Assembly (NCBI GenBank): GCA_964630925.1
Contig: CAZVZK010000027.1
Span: forward strand, 2,135-66,134
Direction of reading: 5' to 3'
Origin: an uncultured Alcaligenaceae bacterium
GTDB lineage: Bacteria > Planctomycetota > Planctomycetia > Gemmatales > Gemmataceae
Length of the DNA stretch: 64,000 nt
The translations under genes were made by a program, and so were the position numbers. Position 1 is the stretch's first letter, and every line of letters starts with the position of its first letter. This document shows positions 1 through 9,199 of the stretch, piece by piece. Below the pieces are notes generated by a model, which ran no database searches, was not told the DNA's origin, and saw nothing but the letters and a program-made list of their open reading frames with translations.

Positions 1-1157
1 CGGAGGAGCAGCGGCACTACGACGCCTGCCTCGCCGAGACGGCCAAGCTGCAGGCCGGCGACCCGGAGAACTCCGCCCTGTGGTCAAAGTTCGTCCCGTG
101 GAGCATGGCGACGATCCGGCCCATCTACGAGAGGCTGGGGGCGAAGTTCGATTTCGAGCTGGGCGAGAGCTTCTACAACGAGATGCTCCCCGGCGTGGTC
201 GAGGACCTGCTGGCGAAGAAGGTGGCGCGGCCGAGCAAGGGGGCCATCGTCGTCTTCGAGGAGGAGTCCTGCCCGGAGACCGAGGACGAGGAGCGGGACA
301 GGAATCTCGCCAAAGCGATCGTCCGGAAGAAGGACGGCGCCGCGACCTACACCACGACCGACCTGGCGACGATTCAGTACCGGGCCAAGACCTTCAAGCC
401 AGACGAGATCCTCTACGTCGTGGGCACGCCGCAGGCGTACCACTTCCGGCTGCTGTTCCACGCGGCGCGGCGGTGGGGGTACGGGCACATCAAGTTCCAC
501 CACATCAACTTCGGCTCGGTGCTGGGCGCCGACCGGCAGATGCTCTCCACGCGGGCCGGCGGGGCGACGGAGCTAGGCGAGCTGCTGGACCTGGCAGAGG
601 CGGCCGCCCGGAAGGTGCAAGTGGAGGGCGCCGACCCCGACGTGACGTCCTTCCCCCCCGAGATCGAGTGCCGGATCCACCAAGTGGTCGGCATCGGCGC
701 GGTCAAGTACGCCGACCTGTCGCAGAATCGGACCAGCGACTACGAGTTCAACCTCGCCAAGATGACCTCGACCGTCGGGAACACCGCTACGTACATGCAG
801 TACGCCTACGCGCGGAACCGGAGCATCTTCCGGAAGGGCGGCGTGGATCCGGCCTCGCTGCGGAAGGCTTCGCCGCTGCCGATCATCGGCACGCCGCAGG
901 AGCGGGTGTTGGCGGTGCTGCTTTTGCGGTTCCCGGAGGCGCTGGAGGCCGCCGCCGCCGACTTCCGGCCGAACCTGATCACGGCGTACCTGTGGGAGCT
1001 GGCGAACGCCTACAGCGGGTTCTTCCAAAACTGCCCCGTGCTGAAGGCCGAGACGGAGGGGCTGAAGCGCGGTAGGCTGCTCCTGTGCGACCTGACGGCC
1101 CGCATCATCCAGAAGGGCCTCGACCTGCTCGGCATCCAGACCGTGGAGCGAATGTGA
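1..1157 (+). CDS. argS: Arginine--tRNA ligase, C-terminal ~385 aa (5' end lies outside the window)
   Basis: Frame 3 is open from the window edge (EEQRHYDACLAETAKL...). Typical ArgS core and anticodon-binding strings: TYTTTDLATIQYR, VGTPQAYHFRLLF, GAVKYADLSQNRTSDYEFN, ATYMQYAYARNRSIF. Ends ...LLGIQTVERM*. Confidence 0.93.
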   Translation, partial: EEQRHYDACLAETAKLQAGDPENSALWSKFVPWSMATIRPIYERLGAKFDFELGESFYNEMLPGVVEDLLAKKVARPSKGAIVVFEEESCPETEDEERDRNLAKAIVRKKDGAATYTTTDLATIQYRAKTFKPDEILYVVGTPQAYHFRLLFHAARRWGYGHIKFHHINFGSVLGADRQMLSTRAGGATELGELLDLAEAAARKVQVEGADPDVTSFPPEIECRIHQVVGIGAVKYADLSQNRTSDYEFNLAKMTSTVGNTATYMQYAYARNRSIFRKGGVDPASLRKASPLPIIGTPQERVLAVLLLRFPEALEAAAADFRPNLITAYLWELANAYSGFFQNCPVLKAETEGLKRGRLLLCDLTARIIQKGLDLLGIQTVERM

Positions 1158-1477
1158 CGGCCTCGGGCGAGCCCCAACGTGGTTTCCTGGCGACACGCCT
1201 GCACAACTGGCGTCTGCGCCACCAGTTGCCGTTCAACTTCTGGATCCACGTCCTGTTCGGCATCCCCCTGGCGTACCCCGTCGCCATCGCGTTCCTCGTG
1301 CTGGGGTGGTGGTGGTGGGCGCTGGGGTCGTTCGTGCTGGGGTTCTTCCTGCAATGGGTGGGCCACCAGGCCGAGGGCAACGACGTGGGCGAGTGGGCGG
1401 CGATCAAGCGTCTGCTGGGGCTGCCGTACGTCGGCATCTCGCCACGCTGGAATCCGGACGATCCGAACAAGCTGTGA
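1154..1477 (+). CDS. Small membrane protein, DUF962/Mpo1-like (tentative)
   Basis: GTG start overlaps the argS stop (ATGTGA). Two or three hydrophobic helices. H-x2-N..IH..G-P and QWVGHQAEGN motifs resemble DUF962. High GC3. Confidence 0.6.
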   Translation: MTASGEPQRGFLATRLHNWRLRHQLPFNFWIHVLFGIPLAYPVAIAFLVLGWWWWALGSFVLGFFLQWVGHQAEGNDVGEWAAIKRLLGLPYVGISPRWNPDDPNKL

Positions 1478-1650
1478 CCCGGCAAGACCCAGGGCTCCGC
1501 AGAGCCGTCGCCCTGGGCCGTACTCTCGTCGCCGTAGCGGCTCCAACAGCCACCAGCCAGACGGTGATGGTTGCGGCGTGGGGCGAACGTCGCGGCGGGG
1601 GTAGAATGCCGTCGGCGGAGGGCGACTCCACTGGCCGGGAGGCTGCGGCA

Positions 1651-1911
1651 ATGCTGAAGATCGACAACATCCGATTGAACCGTTCAATCGCCATCCAAGT
1701 GCGTCGCAAGTATCTCCTGCTCATCGCCCTGCGTGCCCGGTACCCCGCCGACGCCGAGCTCGGCGTGCCGGTCAACGAGTTGTTCGGCTACCCGGATGAC
1801 GTGCCCGACCCCCGCACACGCCGCCCGCCGGGCGGCGACGCGCGCGACGGCAGCGAGTCGTCCTGCCACCTCGCACGCCGCAAGCGCGGCGAGCTGCCAA
1901 CCGTCTACTGA
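1651..1911 (+). CDS. Hypothetical small protein (86 aa)
   Basis: ATG preceded by GGGAGG about 9 nt upstream. The N-terminal half looks protein-like (MLKIDNIRLNRSIAIQVRRKYLLLIALRARYPADAELGVPVNELFGYPDD). The C-terminal half is Arg/Pro/Gly-rich. No recognisable family. Confidence 0.25.
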   Translation: MLKIDNIRLNRSIAIQVRRKYLLLIALRARYPADAELGVPVNELFGYPDDVPDPRTRRPPGGDARDGSESSCHLARRKRGELPTVY

Positions 1912-1920
1912 CCGGACCCC

Positions 1921-3183
1921 ATGCCTGCCGCACCACCACCCTCCGCGTGGCTCGTCGTCCTCCTGCTCATGCCGGTGGCCCTGCTCAACTACCTCGACCG
2001 CCAGATGATGGCGTCGATGCAGTCGTCGGTGATGGCGTCCATCCCCGACATCGCCACCCAGGAGAATTGGGGCTTCATGCTCGGCCAGTTCAAGTGGGTG
2101 TACGCCTTCCTCAGCCCCGTCGGCGGGTACGTCGCCGACCGCTGGGGCCGCCGCCCCGCCGTCTGCGGAAGCCTCTTCGCGTGGTCCGCCGTGACGTGGT
2201 GGACCGGCCACGTCACCACCTACCAGGAGCTGCTGTGGGCGCGGTCGCTCATGGGGATCAGCGAGGCGTTCTACATCCCGGCGGCGCTCGCCCTCATCGC
2301 CGACCACCACACGGGGCCGACACGCTCTCGGGCCGTCGGCCTGCACCAGATGGCCATCTACCTCGGCGTCATCGCCGGCGGCTTCGGCGGGCACGTCGCG
2401 GCATCGCCGCACCTCGGCTGGCGCTGGGCGTTCACCGCCGCCGGGCTGTTCGGCATGGCTTACGCACTCCCGCTCTTGCTCCTGCTGCGCGAGGCGCCAC
2501 GGCCTAAAGAGCCCGCCGGGGGGGCAAAGATCAGTGTGCAGGTGCCCTCGTTCAGGGTGCGATGGGCCGGGTGGGATCTCGTGGGGAACGTGTCGTTCCT
2601 GTTGCTGGTCGTGTACTTCACCCTGCCGGCACTGGCGGGGTGGGTGGTTCGCGACTGGATGCCGTCCATCCTCAAGAAGGAGTTCAAGATCAGCGAGGGC
2701 GAGGCCGGCGTGGCCGCCACGGTCTACTGGCAGTCCGCCGCCATCGTCGGCGTGGCCTTCGGCGGTTGGCTCGCTGACAGGTGGATGCGCCTGGATATCC
2801 GCGGCCGCATCTACACCAGCGCCATCGGCATGGCGCTCATCGTGCCGGCGATCCTGGGGGTGGGCGTGGCCGGGTCGCTCGCGTCCGCGGTGGCGTGCCT
2901 GATCCTGTTCGGCCTGGGGTGGGGCTTCTTCGACGGCAATAACATGCCTATCCTGTCGCAGATCGTGCGCCCCGAGCAGCGTGCCACCGGCTACGGCGTG
3001 ATGAACCTCGTGAGCATCAGCTGCGGCGGCCTGGCCGACTGGGGCTTCGGCGTGCTCCTCGACCGCCAGGTGCCGCTTTCGCTCATCTTCGGCGTCTTCG
3101 CCGGCCTCGCGGTCCTGTCCGCCGGCCTCGTCCTCCTCATCCGCCCCCGGCCCGAGCTTTCCACCCAGGAGACCCACCCATGA
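1921..3183 (+). CDS. MFS transporter (12-TM type)
   Basis: 420 aa and hydrophobic throughout. MFS loop 2-3 signature (GGYVADRWGRRP); LNYLDRQMM start typical of anion/sugar-acid MFS proteins. Its stop overlaps the next start (ATGA). Confidence 0.85.
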   Translation: MPAAPPPSAWLVVLLLMPVALLNYLDRQMMASMQSSVMASIPDIATQENWGFMLGQFKWVYAFLSPVGGYVADRWGRRPAVCGSLFAWSAVTWWTGHVTTYQELLWARSLMGISEAFYIPAALALIADHHTGPTRSRAVGLHQMAIYLGVIAGGFGGHVAASPHLGWRWAFTAAGLFGMAYALPLLLLLREAPRPKEPAGGAKISVQVPSFRVRWAGWDLVGNVSFLLLVVYFTLPALAGWVVRDWMPSILKKEFKISEGEAGVAATVYWQSAAIVGVAFGGWLADRWMRLDIRGRIYTSAIGMALIVPAILGVGVAGSLASAVACLILFGLGWGFFDGNNMPILSQIVRPEQRATGYGVMNLVSISCGGLADWGFGVLLDRQVPLSLIFGVFAGLAVLSAGLVLLIRPRPELSTQETHP

Positions 3184-4094
3184 CCGAGAGACTGCACGGC
3201 CTCGTGGCCGCCACCCACACGCCGTTCCACGCGGACGGGTCGTTGAACCTCACCGCCGTCGAGCGGCAGGCGGCCCACCTCCTCGACACCGGCGTCGAGG
3301 CGGTGTTCATCGCCGGCACGACCGGCGAATGCCTCTCGCTGACAGTGGAGGAGCGACTGGCGCTGGCGAATCGCTGGTCCGAGGTGGCGCGTGGCACGGC
3401 TCTGCGGGTGGTCGTCCACGTCGGGGCGAACTGCCTGGGCGACGCGCGGGCGCTTGCGGCCCAGGCCCGCGAGATTGGCGCGGCGGCCATCGCGGCGCTG
3501 TCGCCGAGTTACTTCAAGCCGCAGACCGTGGATGACCTCATCGCGTGCTGCGCGGAGGTCGCCGGCGGGGCCCCGGGCGTGCCGTTCTACTTCTACGACA
3601 TCCCCGGCATGACGGGGGTGCGGCTGTCGATGCCTGACTTCCTGGAGCGCGGGGCTAAATGCATCCCGACCCTGGCAGGCCTGAAGTTCACCAACCCGGA
3701 CCTGATGGCGTACCAGGGCTGCCTGCACGCGGGCGGCGGGCGGTTCGACATCCCGTGGGGGCTGGACGAGTACCTCCTCGCGGCGCTGGCGCTGGGGGCG
3801 TCGGGGGCGGTCGGCAGCACGTACAACCTGGCGGCCCCGCTGTACAACGGCATCCGCGAGGCGTTCGCCAGGGGCGACCTGGCGTCGGCGCGGATCGACC
3901 AGTACCGCTCGGTGCGTCTGATCGAGCTGCTCGTGGCGCACGGCTTCATCGGCGCGACGAAGGCCGTCGTGGGGATGCTCGGCGTCGAGGTCGGCCCGGC
4001 GCGTCTGCCGCTGGCGAATCCCTCGCCGGAGGGCGTGACGCGCCTGCGGGCCGGGCTGGAGGGCATCGGCTTCTTCGAGTGGGCGCGGGCGTGA
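3180..4094 (+). CDS. DHDPS/N-acetylneuraminate lyase family class I aldolase
   Basis: 304 aa. GTTGE motif (IAGTTGECLSL), FYFYDIPGMTG, and a Schiff-base lysine context LAGLKFTNPDL that resembles animal or bacterial NPL/NanA more than DapA. Translationally coupled to the MFS gene. Confidence 0.85.
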   Translation: MTERLHGLVAATHTPFHADGSLNLTAVERQAAHLLDTGVEAVFIAGTTGECLSLTVEERLALANRWSEVARGTALRVVVHVGANCLGDARALAAQAREIGAAAIAALSPSYFKPQTVDDLIACCAEVAGGAPGVPFYFYDIPGMTGVRLSMPDFLERGAKCIPTLAGLKFTNPDLMAYQGCLHAGGGRFDIPWGLDEYLLAALALGASGAVGSTYNLAAPLYNGIREAFARGDLASARIDQYRSVRLIELLVAHGFIGATKAVVGMLGVEVGPARLPLANPSPEGVTRLRAGLEGIGFFEWARA

Positions 4095-4165
4095 GCCCCT
4101 CGACCTCAAGGGCGGGTCGCCCCTGACCCCCGCCGTTCAAGCGGGCTTCCGTCTGTGCCTGCCCA

Positions 4166-6799
4166 TCACTCCTTCGGCGCCTTGATCGTCAGCTTGACCA
4201 GCGTCAGGGAGCCGGGGCCGAGCTTCAACGGCACGCTACACAGGCCGTCGTCGCCTTTGCCCACAGGCAGCGGCACCAGCCTGCCGTCCGCCCACCGGTC
4301 GGCCTTCTCGACGTGCCGGGCGGTCAACAGCAGGTCGGCGAAGGCGCGGCGGTCCACGCGCGCCACGCCGTTCTGCGTCTTGTCCACGCCGTCGGGGTTC
4401 AGCATCGTCACGATCAGGCCGTCCTTGTCGCGTCCGATCTGGTGCATGACGTGGCCCGACTTCATCGTCAACATCACCGGCGACGTGCGCAGGGCCAGGT
4501 AGGCGATCAGCTCCGTGAGCGCCGGGTGCGCCCGCTCGTCCAGGCCCATCATGCCGGGGACGAGGGTGACGAAGACGTTGCCCTTGCCGACCTTGTTCAG
4601 CGTCACGAGCGGCTTCTTGTCGGCCGTCATCACCGCCTTGGCGCCGGCCAACGTGACCTCCTCCACCTCGAACGGCGTCGTCTCGCCGGCGGCCTTCAGG
4701 CCGCTCCACCTCTCCGCCCTGGCACGCTTGCCCAGCGGCTTCACGCCGGTCAGCTCCGCTGGCAGGCCGGCGAGGGCGTTGATGTTCACCACCAGCGTGC
4801 CGCCGCCCTCGACGTACTTCCTGAGGTCGTCCTTGATGGGGCCGAGGGCCACCTCGCCGGCGGCGTACACGACGGGGTAGGCGTGGAGCGCCTTGACGCG
4901 CGCCGGGCGGTCCACCAGCACGTCGAAGACGTTGCCGAGCCGCGCGGGCGGCATGCTCTGCATGTACGGCGACGCCGGCCGGCTTTCGCGCTCGCCGACG
5001 GGGCCGTAGCACACGTTGAACAGTTCATGCAATTCTCGATCAGCCGCCGACTCTCGAAAGTGGTGCAGCATCTTGCAGTCGTTGCTCGTCGGCTCCCAGC
5101 CGTGGGCGTGGCTCAGGAGGATGGCGACGGGCGACACCGGCTCGCCGGGCGCGGGGCCGTTCTTGACGAGGTCCATGAAGTCCTCGGTGCCGCGGCCGAA
5201 CGGCGAGAGCTGGATGGGGTGCGTCCCGGGGCCGGGCAGGATCCACTGGTTCGTCAGGTTCTGCTCCCAGTAGATCGCCGACGCGCCGCCCGTGTACTGG
5301 AGGTGGTACAGGGAGCGGTACCACCCGGCGGTCACGCCGTCGGTCACCGCGTACTTGCTGTGGAACCACGACGGGGCGCCACGCGGGACGGTGGGCTGTT
5401 GCGTGAAGTAGTTGCACGAGTCGCCGAAGTTGCCGCTGGCGTAGTTGATCCAAGGCCTGCCGTACTGCCGGGCGGCGCCGCGCAGGAAGGCCATCCGCAT
5501 CGGGATGTTCGACATGGTGCAGTCCAGCTCGTAGCCGACGCACTCGCTGCCCATCTCGTAGAACATGTGCGCGTACGTCGTCATGTCCACCGAGAGGCAC
5601 GGGATGCCTCTGGCCCAGTGTTGCTCATCGACCTTCGTCTTGTAGATCTTCGACCAGTCCTTGGCCTGCTCCGCCTTCAGGTGCGTCATGATGCGGGCGA
5701 CCTGCTCCGCCCGCGTCTTGGGGAACGGCGCCTTCGGCACGGCGACGCCGACGCTCCCCACCGTCTCGCCGTGGATGTAGCCCATGAACTGTTTCGCCAG
5801 CGGGCCCGTGAGTGCGGCATAGGTCGCCGGGCCGGTCTTGTCCGTGTAGCTGCCCGTGGCGTAGTTGGTCATGATGTAGAACGGCTGCTTCGTACGCTCC
5901 AGCCATTTGCGCAGGGCCGTCCCAGGCGAGAGGTCGGGCGTGTTGCCCAGGTAGAAGCCCGGCGTCAGGAACGGAGAATCGATCAGCGGCGTGCCCTCGG
6001 GCTTCGGGTACTGCTTGTGGAACTGGGCCTTGATGTCCGCCGGCGGCGAGTGGGCGTGGAACACGTCGAGCAGGCGCAGCGAATCCACCTTCTGCTTCTC
6101 CCACCATTTCGGGTCGGCCTCGACGCCGGTCCACAGCGCGAACCGCCTCCCGCCCAGCTCCGGGCGCGGCGGCGGGGCCTTCGGCAGCGGCCCCGGCAGC
6201 GCACCCGGCAGCGGGACGGGCCACGCCGCGAAGCGCGGCTTCTCGCGCCCGTGCGGTTGGTGCTTCAGATCCGTCGTGAGGAGGATGGCATCGACCTGAC
6301 GCCACGCCTCGCCCTTGGCGGTGACCAGCACCTTGAGCGGAAGTGTCCCCTCCTTGAGGTCCACGTCGAACGAATCCCATGCGAACGTGAACCCCCAGTA
6401 CAGGAGGTACTCGTCGTCCGTCGGCAGCGTCGCCTTCTCGCCGAAGGTGTGCGCCCTGTCGCCCAACTTGACCACGAAGGGCGCCTTCTTGCGGCGGTGC
6501 TCGACGAAGCGCACCCAGGCGCGGTACTTGCCGGCCCTGGGGATGACGATGTCGCGGCCACACTCGGCACTCGTCTCGTCGGCGTGGGCGCCCATCGAGT
6601 TCCACCCGCTCTCGCCGCCCTGTGTCCACTCGGCGGAAATCCCCGGACCGGCGATGCCCCACCTGCCCGTGGGCTTGTGCGTGCCACTCCAGTAGTTGAA
6701 ACCTCCCTCGACGCCGGGGAACCATTCCGGCTCGTACCACAGATGCACCGGCGGCGGCTCGGGGGCGGAGAGGAGCGCGAGGAGGAGGAGGGGGGCCAT
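4166..6799 (-). CDS. Large secreted hypothetical protein (877 aa), possible glycoside-hydrolase-like
   Basis: ATG start and a short signal-like N-terminus (MAPLLLLALLSAPEPPP). Globular, aromatic-rich composition (WYEPEWFPGVEGGFNYWSG..., ...YASGNFGDSCNYF...) with high GC3 throughout. Family not recognised. Confidence 0.75.
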   Translation of the reverse strand: MAPLLLLALLSAPEPPPVHLWYEPEWFPGVEGGFNYWSGTHKPTGRWGIAGPGISAEWTQGGESGWNSMGAHADETSAECGRDIVIPRAGKYRAWVRFVEHRRKKAPFVVKLGDRAHTFGEKATLPTDDEYLLYWGFTFAWDSFDVDLKEGTLPLKVLVTAKGEAWRQVDAILLTTDLKHQPHGREKPRFAAWPVPLPGALPGPLPKAPPPRPELGGRRFALWTGVEADPKWWEKQKVDSLRLLDVFHAHSPPADIKAQFHKQYPKPEGTPLIDSPFLTPGFYLGNTPDLSPGTALRKWLERTKQPFYIMTNYATGSYTDKTGPATYAALTGPLAKQFMGYIHGETVGSVGVAVPKAPFPKTRAEQVARIMTHLKAEQAKDWSKIYKTKVDEQHWARGIPCLSVDMTTYAHMFYEMGSECVGYELDCTMSNIPMRMAFLRGAARQYGRPWINYASGNFGDSCNYFTQQPTVPRGAPSWFHSKYAVTDGVTAGWYRSLYHLQYTGGASAIYWEQNLTNQWILPGPGTHPIQLSPFGRGTEDFMDLVKNGPAPGEPVSPVAILLSHAHGWEPTSNDCKMLHHFRESAADRELHELFNVCYGPVGERESRPASPYMQSMPPARLGNVFDVLVDRPARVKALHAYPVVYAAGEVALGPIKDDLRKYVEGGGTLVVNINALAGLPAELTGVKPLGKRARAERWSGLKAAGETTPFEVEEVTLAGAKAVMTADKKPLVTLNKVGKGNVFVTLVPGMMGLDERAHPALTELIAYLALRTSPVMLTMKSGHVMHQIGRDKDGLIVTMLNPDGVDKTQNGVARVDRRAFADLLLTARHVEKADRWADGRLVPLPVGKGDDGLCSVPLKLGPGSLTLVKLTIKAPKE

Positions 6800-6845
6800 C
6801 GGTCCGGCCTCGGGGTGGGAGGGCTTCGGTGGATGGTATTGGGCG

Positions 6846-6884
6846 CAAAGAAAAACGGCCCCCCCATCGCGTGGGAGGGCCGTC
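6846..6884 (-). terminator. Rho-independent terminator after the Gly-Tyr-Arg repeat gene
   Basis: On the minus strand: ACGGCCC-(13 nt)-GGGCCGT stem followed directly by TTTTTCTTTG, about 20 nt after the stop at 6905. Confidence 0.55.
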
Positions 6885-6904
6885 CGGTACCCCTACGGTT
6901 GTGG

Positions 6905-7681
6905 TCAGCGGCCGGTGCGCCGCGGCGCCTCGCCGTAGGCGGGGTAGACGTACTTGCCGGTGGTCGGCTCGACCTTCAGCGACACCACGCGGTCCACGAC
7001 GGGGGTCGGGACGCGCGGCAGGCCCATCGACTCGTCGCCACGCGGCATCGGCACCGGGGCGATGGGGCCGCCGTTGTAGTCGTAGGAGCCGCCCTCGTCG
7101 GCGCGGGGCATCGGCGGCGGCGCCGTGCCGCCGGAGTACGGGCGGGCCGAGACGGTGGGACGAACCTCCAACGTCCGCACCGGCGCGGCGACGGCCGCCC
7201 CGACGACGGCGCACGGGTCGTAGTAGCTGTAGCTGTACGCGGGGGCGTAGTAGCTGTAGCTCACGACGGGGTAGCCGCCGTAGCCGTAACCGCCGAGGCC
7301 GCCGTAGGCGTACCACGGGGAGTAACCGAAGCCGCGATAGCCGTAGAAGCCGCGGTAGCCGACGTAACCACGGTAGCCGCCCCAGTAGCCGCCCCGGTAG
7401 CCGGCGTAGTAACCGCCACGGTAGCCGCCGTAGAAGCCGCCCCGGTAGCCGGCGTAACCGCGGTAGCCGCCGTAGAAGCCGCCCCGGTAGCCGCCGTAGC
7501 CGCCCCGGTAGTAGCGCGTCTCGATGTTGCCGGCGTCGAGGTCGTCGGCGGTGGCGCCGAGCGTCTTGATGGGGGTGTCGTCGGCGTCGGGCAGCTTCAG
7601 GCGGATGACGTCGTCCGCCCTGGCCGCAGGCGCCATCAGGGCGAGGGCCACGAGGGCCGCCCCGAGCATCCTGTGGATCAT
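6905..7681 (-). CDS. Secreted Gly/Tyr/Arg-rich low-complexity protein (GYRGG repeats)
   Basis: ATG at 7681 with GGAGG 7 nt upstream. Signal peptide MIHRMLGAALVALALMAPAARA. Nine YRG units in about 65 aa, then a YGGYGYGGY / SYSYY tract. Pro-rich, non-repetitive C-terminal part ending ...KYVYPAYGEAPRRTGR. Confidence 0.75.
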   Translation of the reverse strand: MIHRMLGAALVALALMAPAARADDVIRLKLPDADDTPIKTLGATADDLDAGNIETRYYRGGYGGYRGGFYGGYRGYAGYRGGFYGGYRGGYYAGYRGGYWGGYRGYVGYRGFYGYRGFGYSPWYAYGGLGGYGYGGYPVVSYSYYAPAYSYSYYDPCAVVGAAVAAPVRTLEVRPTVSARPYSGGTAPPPMPRADEGGSYDYNGGPIAPVPMPRGDESMGLPRVPTPVVDRVVSLKVEPTTGKYVYPAYGEAPRRTGR

Positions 7682-7850
7682 GGCAATGCCTCCAGTTGGG
7701 GTGAAGGGTGAACACACTCGGACGGCGTGTTCCGCTGGCATGCCATCCATTGGTTATCTTACTCAGGGCGCCCCGCCGTTGTCAAATGCCCCCTTGCCCT
7801 TCCTCGGCCCCGGATACAATCGCCCTGTCACCCCACCGGAGAAACCACCC

Positions 7851-8513
7851 ATGCGCCGAACCGTCCTACCTTTCGCCGTCCTGGCGGCCCTCACCCTGTC
7901 CTCGACCCGCGCCGAGGACGCCGGTCCGATCAAGCTCTTCAACGGCGAGGACCTCAAGGGCTGGAAGACGTTCTTCAAGGGGGGCAAGAAGGCCGCCGAT
8001 TGTTTCACGGTCAAGGACGGCGTCCTGGAATGCACCGGCGCGCCGCTGGGGTACATCATCACCGAGAAGGAGTACGGCGACTACAAGCTGGAGCTGGAGT
8101 GGAAGTGGGGCGAGGGCGCGAAGAAGGACAAGGTGCCCAACAGCGGCGTCCTGCTGCACGTGACCGGGGAGGACGCCATCTGGCCCAAGTGCATCGAGGC
8201 CCAGCTGATGAGCGGCAACGCCGGCGACTTCTGGCTGATGGGCGGGTCGAAGATGACGGTGGACGCCACGCGCGCCGACAAGGCCAAACCCGCACACTTC
8301 TTCAAGATGAAGACCGACACCCCCGCCGAGAAGCCGCTGGGGGAGTGGAACAAGTATGAGATCGTGTGCAAGGGCGGGGCGATCACGCTGACGGTGAACG
8401 GCGTGAAGCTCAACGAGGGGACGAAGGCCGACCTGACGAAGGGGCGGATCGCGCTGCAGTCGGAGGGCGCGCCCATCTCCTTCCGCAACGTCGTCCTGAC
8501 GCCGCTGAAGTGA
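7851..8513 (+). CDS. DUF1080 (3-keto-disaccharide hydrolase-like, concanavalin fold) secreted protein
   Basis: Signal peptide MRRTVLPFAVLAALTLSSTRA. Family-typical strings: LFNGEDLKGWK, FTVKDGVLEC, YGDYKLELEWKW, NSGVLLH, EAQL..GNAGDFW, GRIALQSEGAPISFRNV. Confidence 0.85.
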   Translation: MRRTVLPFAVLAALTLSSTRAEDAGPIKLFNGEDLKGWKTFFKGGKKAADCFTVKDGVLECTGAPLGYIITEKEYGDYKLELEWKWGEGAKKDKVPNSGVLLHVTGEDAIWPKCIEAQLMSGNAGDFWLMGGSKMTVDATRADKAKPAHFFKMKTDTPAEKPLGEWNKYEIVCKGGAITLTVNGVKLNEGTKADLTKGRIALQSEGAPISFRNVVLTPLK

Positions 8514-8520
8514 GAGGGGC

Positions 8521-9024
8521 ATGGGCGACAACCCGTTCGTGGTGTTCACGGTGATCGCGGCGCCGGCGGTGATGACCAACGCCGCCGCGGTCATGAGCCT
8601 GACGACCTCCAACCGGCTGGCGCGGGCCGTGGACCGCTCGCGTGCGCTCGTCAACGAGCTGAAGAAGCCGGACCCGGAGGTGACGCCGGAGGACCGCTCC
8701 TTCCACGTCCGCGAGGTGGAGGCGGCCCGGCAGCGTGCCGAGCTGCTGATCCAGGCGCTGGGGGCGTTTCAGGTGGCGTTCGCCGCGTTCGCCTCTGCGA
8801 CGCTCGTCGCGCTCTTCGGGGCCAGCCTCTCGCTGATGGCGCCGCAGGGGTTGGGGCACGTCGGCCTGACGCTGGTCATCGCGTGCATGGTCGTGGCCGT
8901 GGGCGGCGTGGTGATGGGGGCGCGGCTCATCATCATCGAGTCGCGGATGGCGTACCAGATCCTGCGCGAGGAGTCGGCCCACGTCGTGAGGTCGCTCATC
9001 GTCGGGCCGAAGCCCGGCGGGTAG
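8521..9024 (+). CDS. Membrane protein, DUF2721-like
   Basis: Starts 8 nt after the previous stop. Hydrophobic N-terminus plus TSNRLARAVDRSRAL helix, then two C-terminal TM helices. This layout is typical of DUF2721. Confidence 0.6.
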   Translation: MGDNPFVVFTVIAAPAVMTNAAAVMSLTTSNRLARAVDRSRALVNELKKPDPEVTPEDRSFHVREVEAARQRAELLIQALGAFQVAFAAFASATLVALFGASLSLMAPQGLGHVGLTLVIACMVVAVGGVVMGARLIIIESRMAYQILREESAHVVRSLIVGPKPGG

Positions 9025-9199
9025 GGAAGGGGCGTTATTCGCTTGGCCTCGCGCGGCCGCGCTGGTATCATTAGAGTAGATGCTCCCCTTTCCTTTCCTG
9101 GTGCCCCTCCAGGGACGCCATCAAATCAAACCGGACCATCCTGGGACGCGCACCCCCTTACACCGAGGGGCCGCTCACACCCTACCCGCGAGGTCCGCG

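Noticed and set aside
6905-7681. The Gly-Tyr-Arg repeat gene as eukaryotic contamination or an assembly chimera
   Set aside because: It has a bacterial Sec signal peptide, a GGAGG RBS, host-like GC3 and a rho-independent terminator. It is flanked continuously by typical planctomycetal genes.
4313-7711. 1132-aa plus-strand ORF, the longest in this region
   Set aside because: It is antisense to two well-supported minus-strand genes (4166..6799 and 6905..7681). Its translation is Arg/Ala/Gly/Val/His-rich with no domain-like segments, which is the typical shadow ORF of a 70% GC genome.
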